A stretch of 62,994 bases of DNA, the filler included, from Rhabdomonas costata (lineage: Eukaryota), in NCBI GenBank assembly GCA_019059605.1. It is 36 parts of 36 records of this genome, joined end to end, with 100 filler letters (N's around TTAATTAATTAA, not from the genome) between each part and the next. Parts side by side here need not be neighbours in the genome. Positions count along the whole stretch, not along the records: positions 61,346 to 62,994 come from JAHMHO010011269.1; 35 more parts are not named here. The stretch is one strand, 5' to 3'. Below are positions 62,876 to 62,994 of the stretch, piece by piece. The notes below the pieces were generated by a model. The model was not told where the DNA came from. It did no database searches and worked only from the letters and a program-made list of their open reading frames with translations. Every line of letters starts with the position of its first letter. The stretch's first letter is position 1. The position numbers were made by a program, and so were the translations under genes.

Positions 62876-62994
62876 CTCCAAGGGGATGGGGGAGAAGGTC
62901 GGCGAGGGCAGAGTGGTGGACGCGACAGAGCTGAAAACGCAGAACAAGGGGAAAGCTGTGCACCGCAAAAAAGAGACCAAAGATGTTAGCGCCG

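Overview
This window is not a contiguous locus. It is 36 unrelated contigs of about 1.65 kb each, joined by 35 identical 100-nt linkers (N44-TTAATTAATTAA-N44, stops in all six frames). Most contig starts are G/T-only and most ends are C/A-only, which suggests whole-genome-amplified DNA. The source is an intron-rich, GC3-rich flagellated eukaryote, probably a euglenid (inference from articulin VPV-repeat exons, axonemal CFAP52, degenerate splice donors and close head-to-tail genes). Splicing exons by hand recovers fragments of CFAP52, PRP22/DHX8, LUC7, CCDC12/cwf18, RRP41, RPN6, COG4, NT5C3, a calpain, a Sec14/CRAL-TRIO protein, a dTDP-glucose 4,6-dehydratase, a MAPK-like kinase, a histidine kinase, a class III cyclase, PAS, vWA, C2 and ankyrin proteins, an articulin, a SHIPPO-like repeat protein, a six-Cys repeat protein and a bacterial-like GNAT. 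Mobile DNA includes a decayed, internally deleted CRE-type LINE, a decayed Penelope-like RT, a MITE and dispersed intronic repeats. The most notable observation is an intron inside the invariant GETGSGKT Walker A motif of PRP22 that has no GT or GC donor (GA-AG), set against extremely degenerate donors elsewhere. A single base error cannot be excluded. All product calls come from motif recognition, not database searches.
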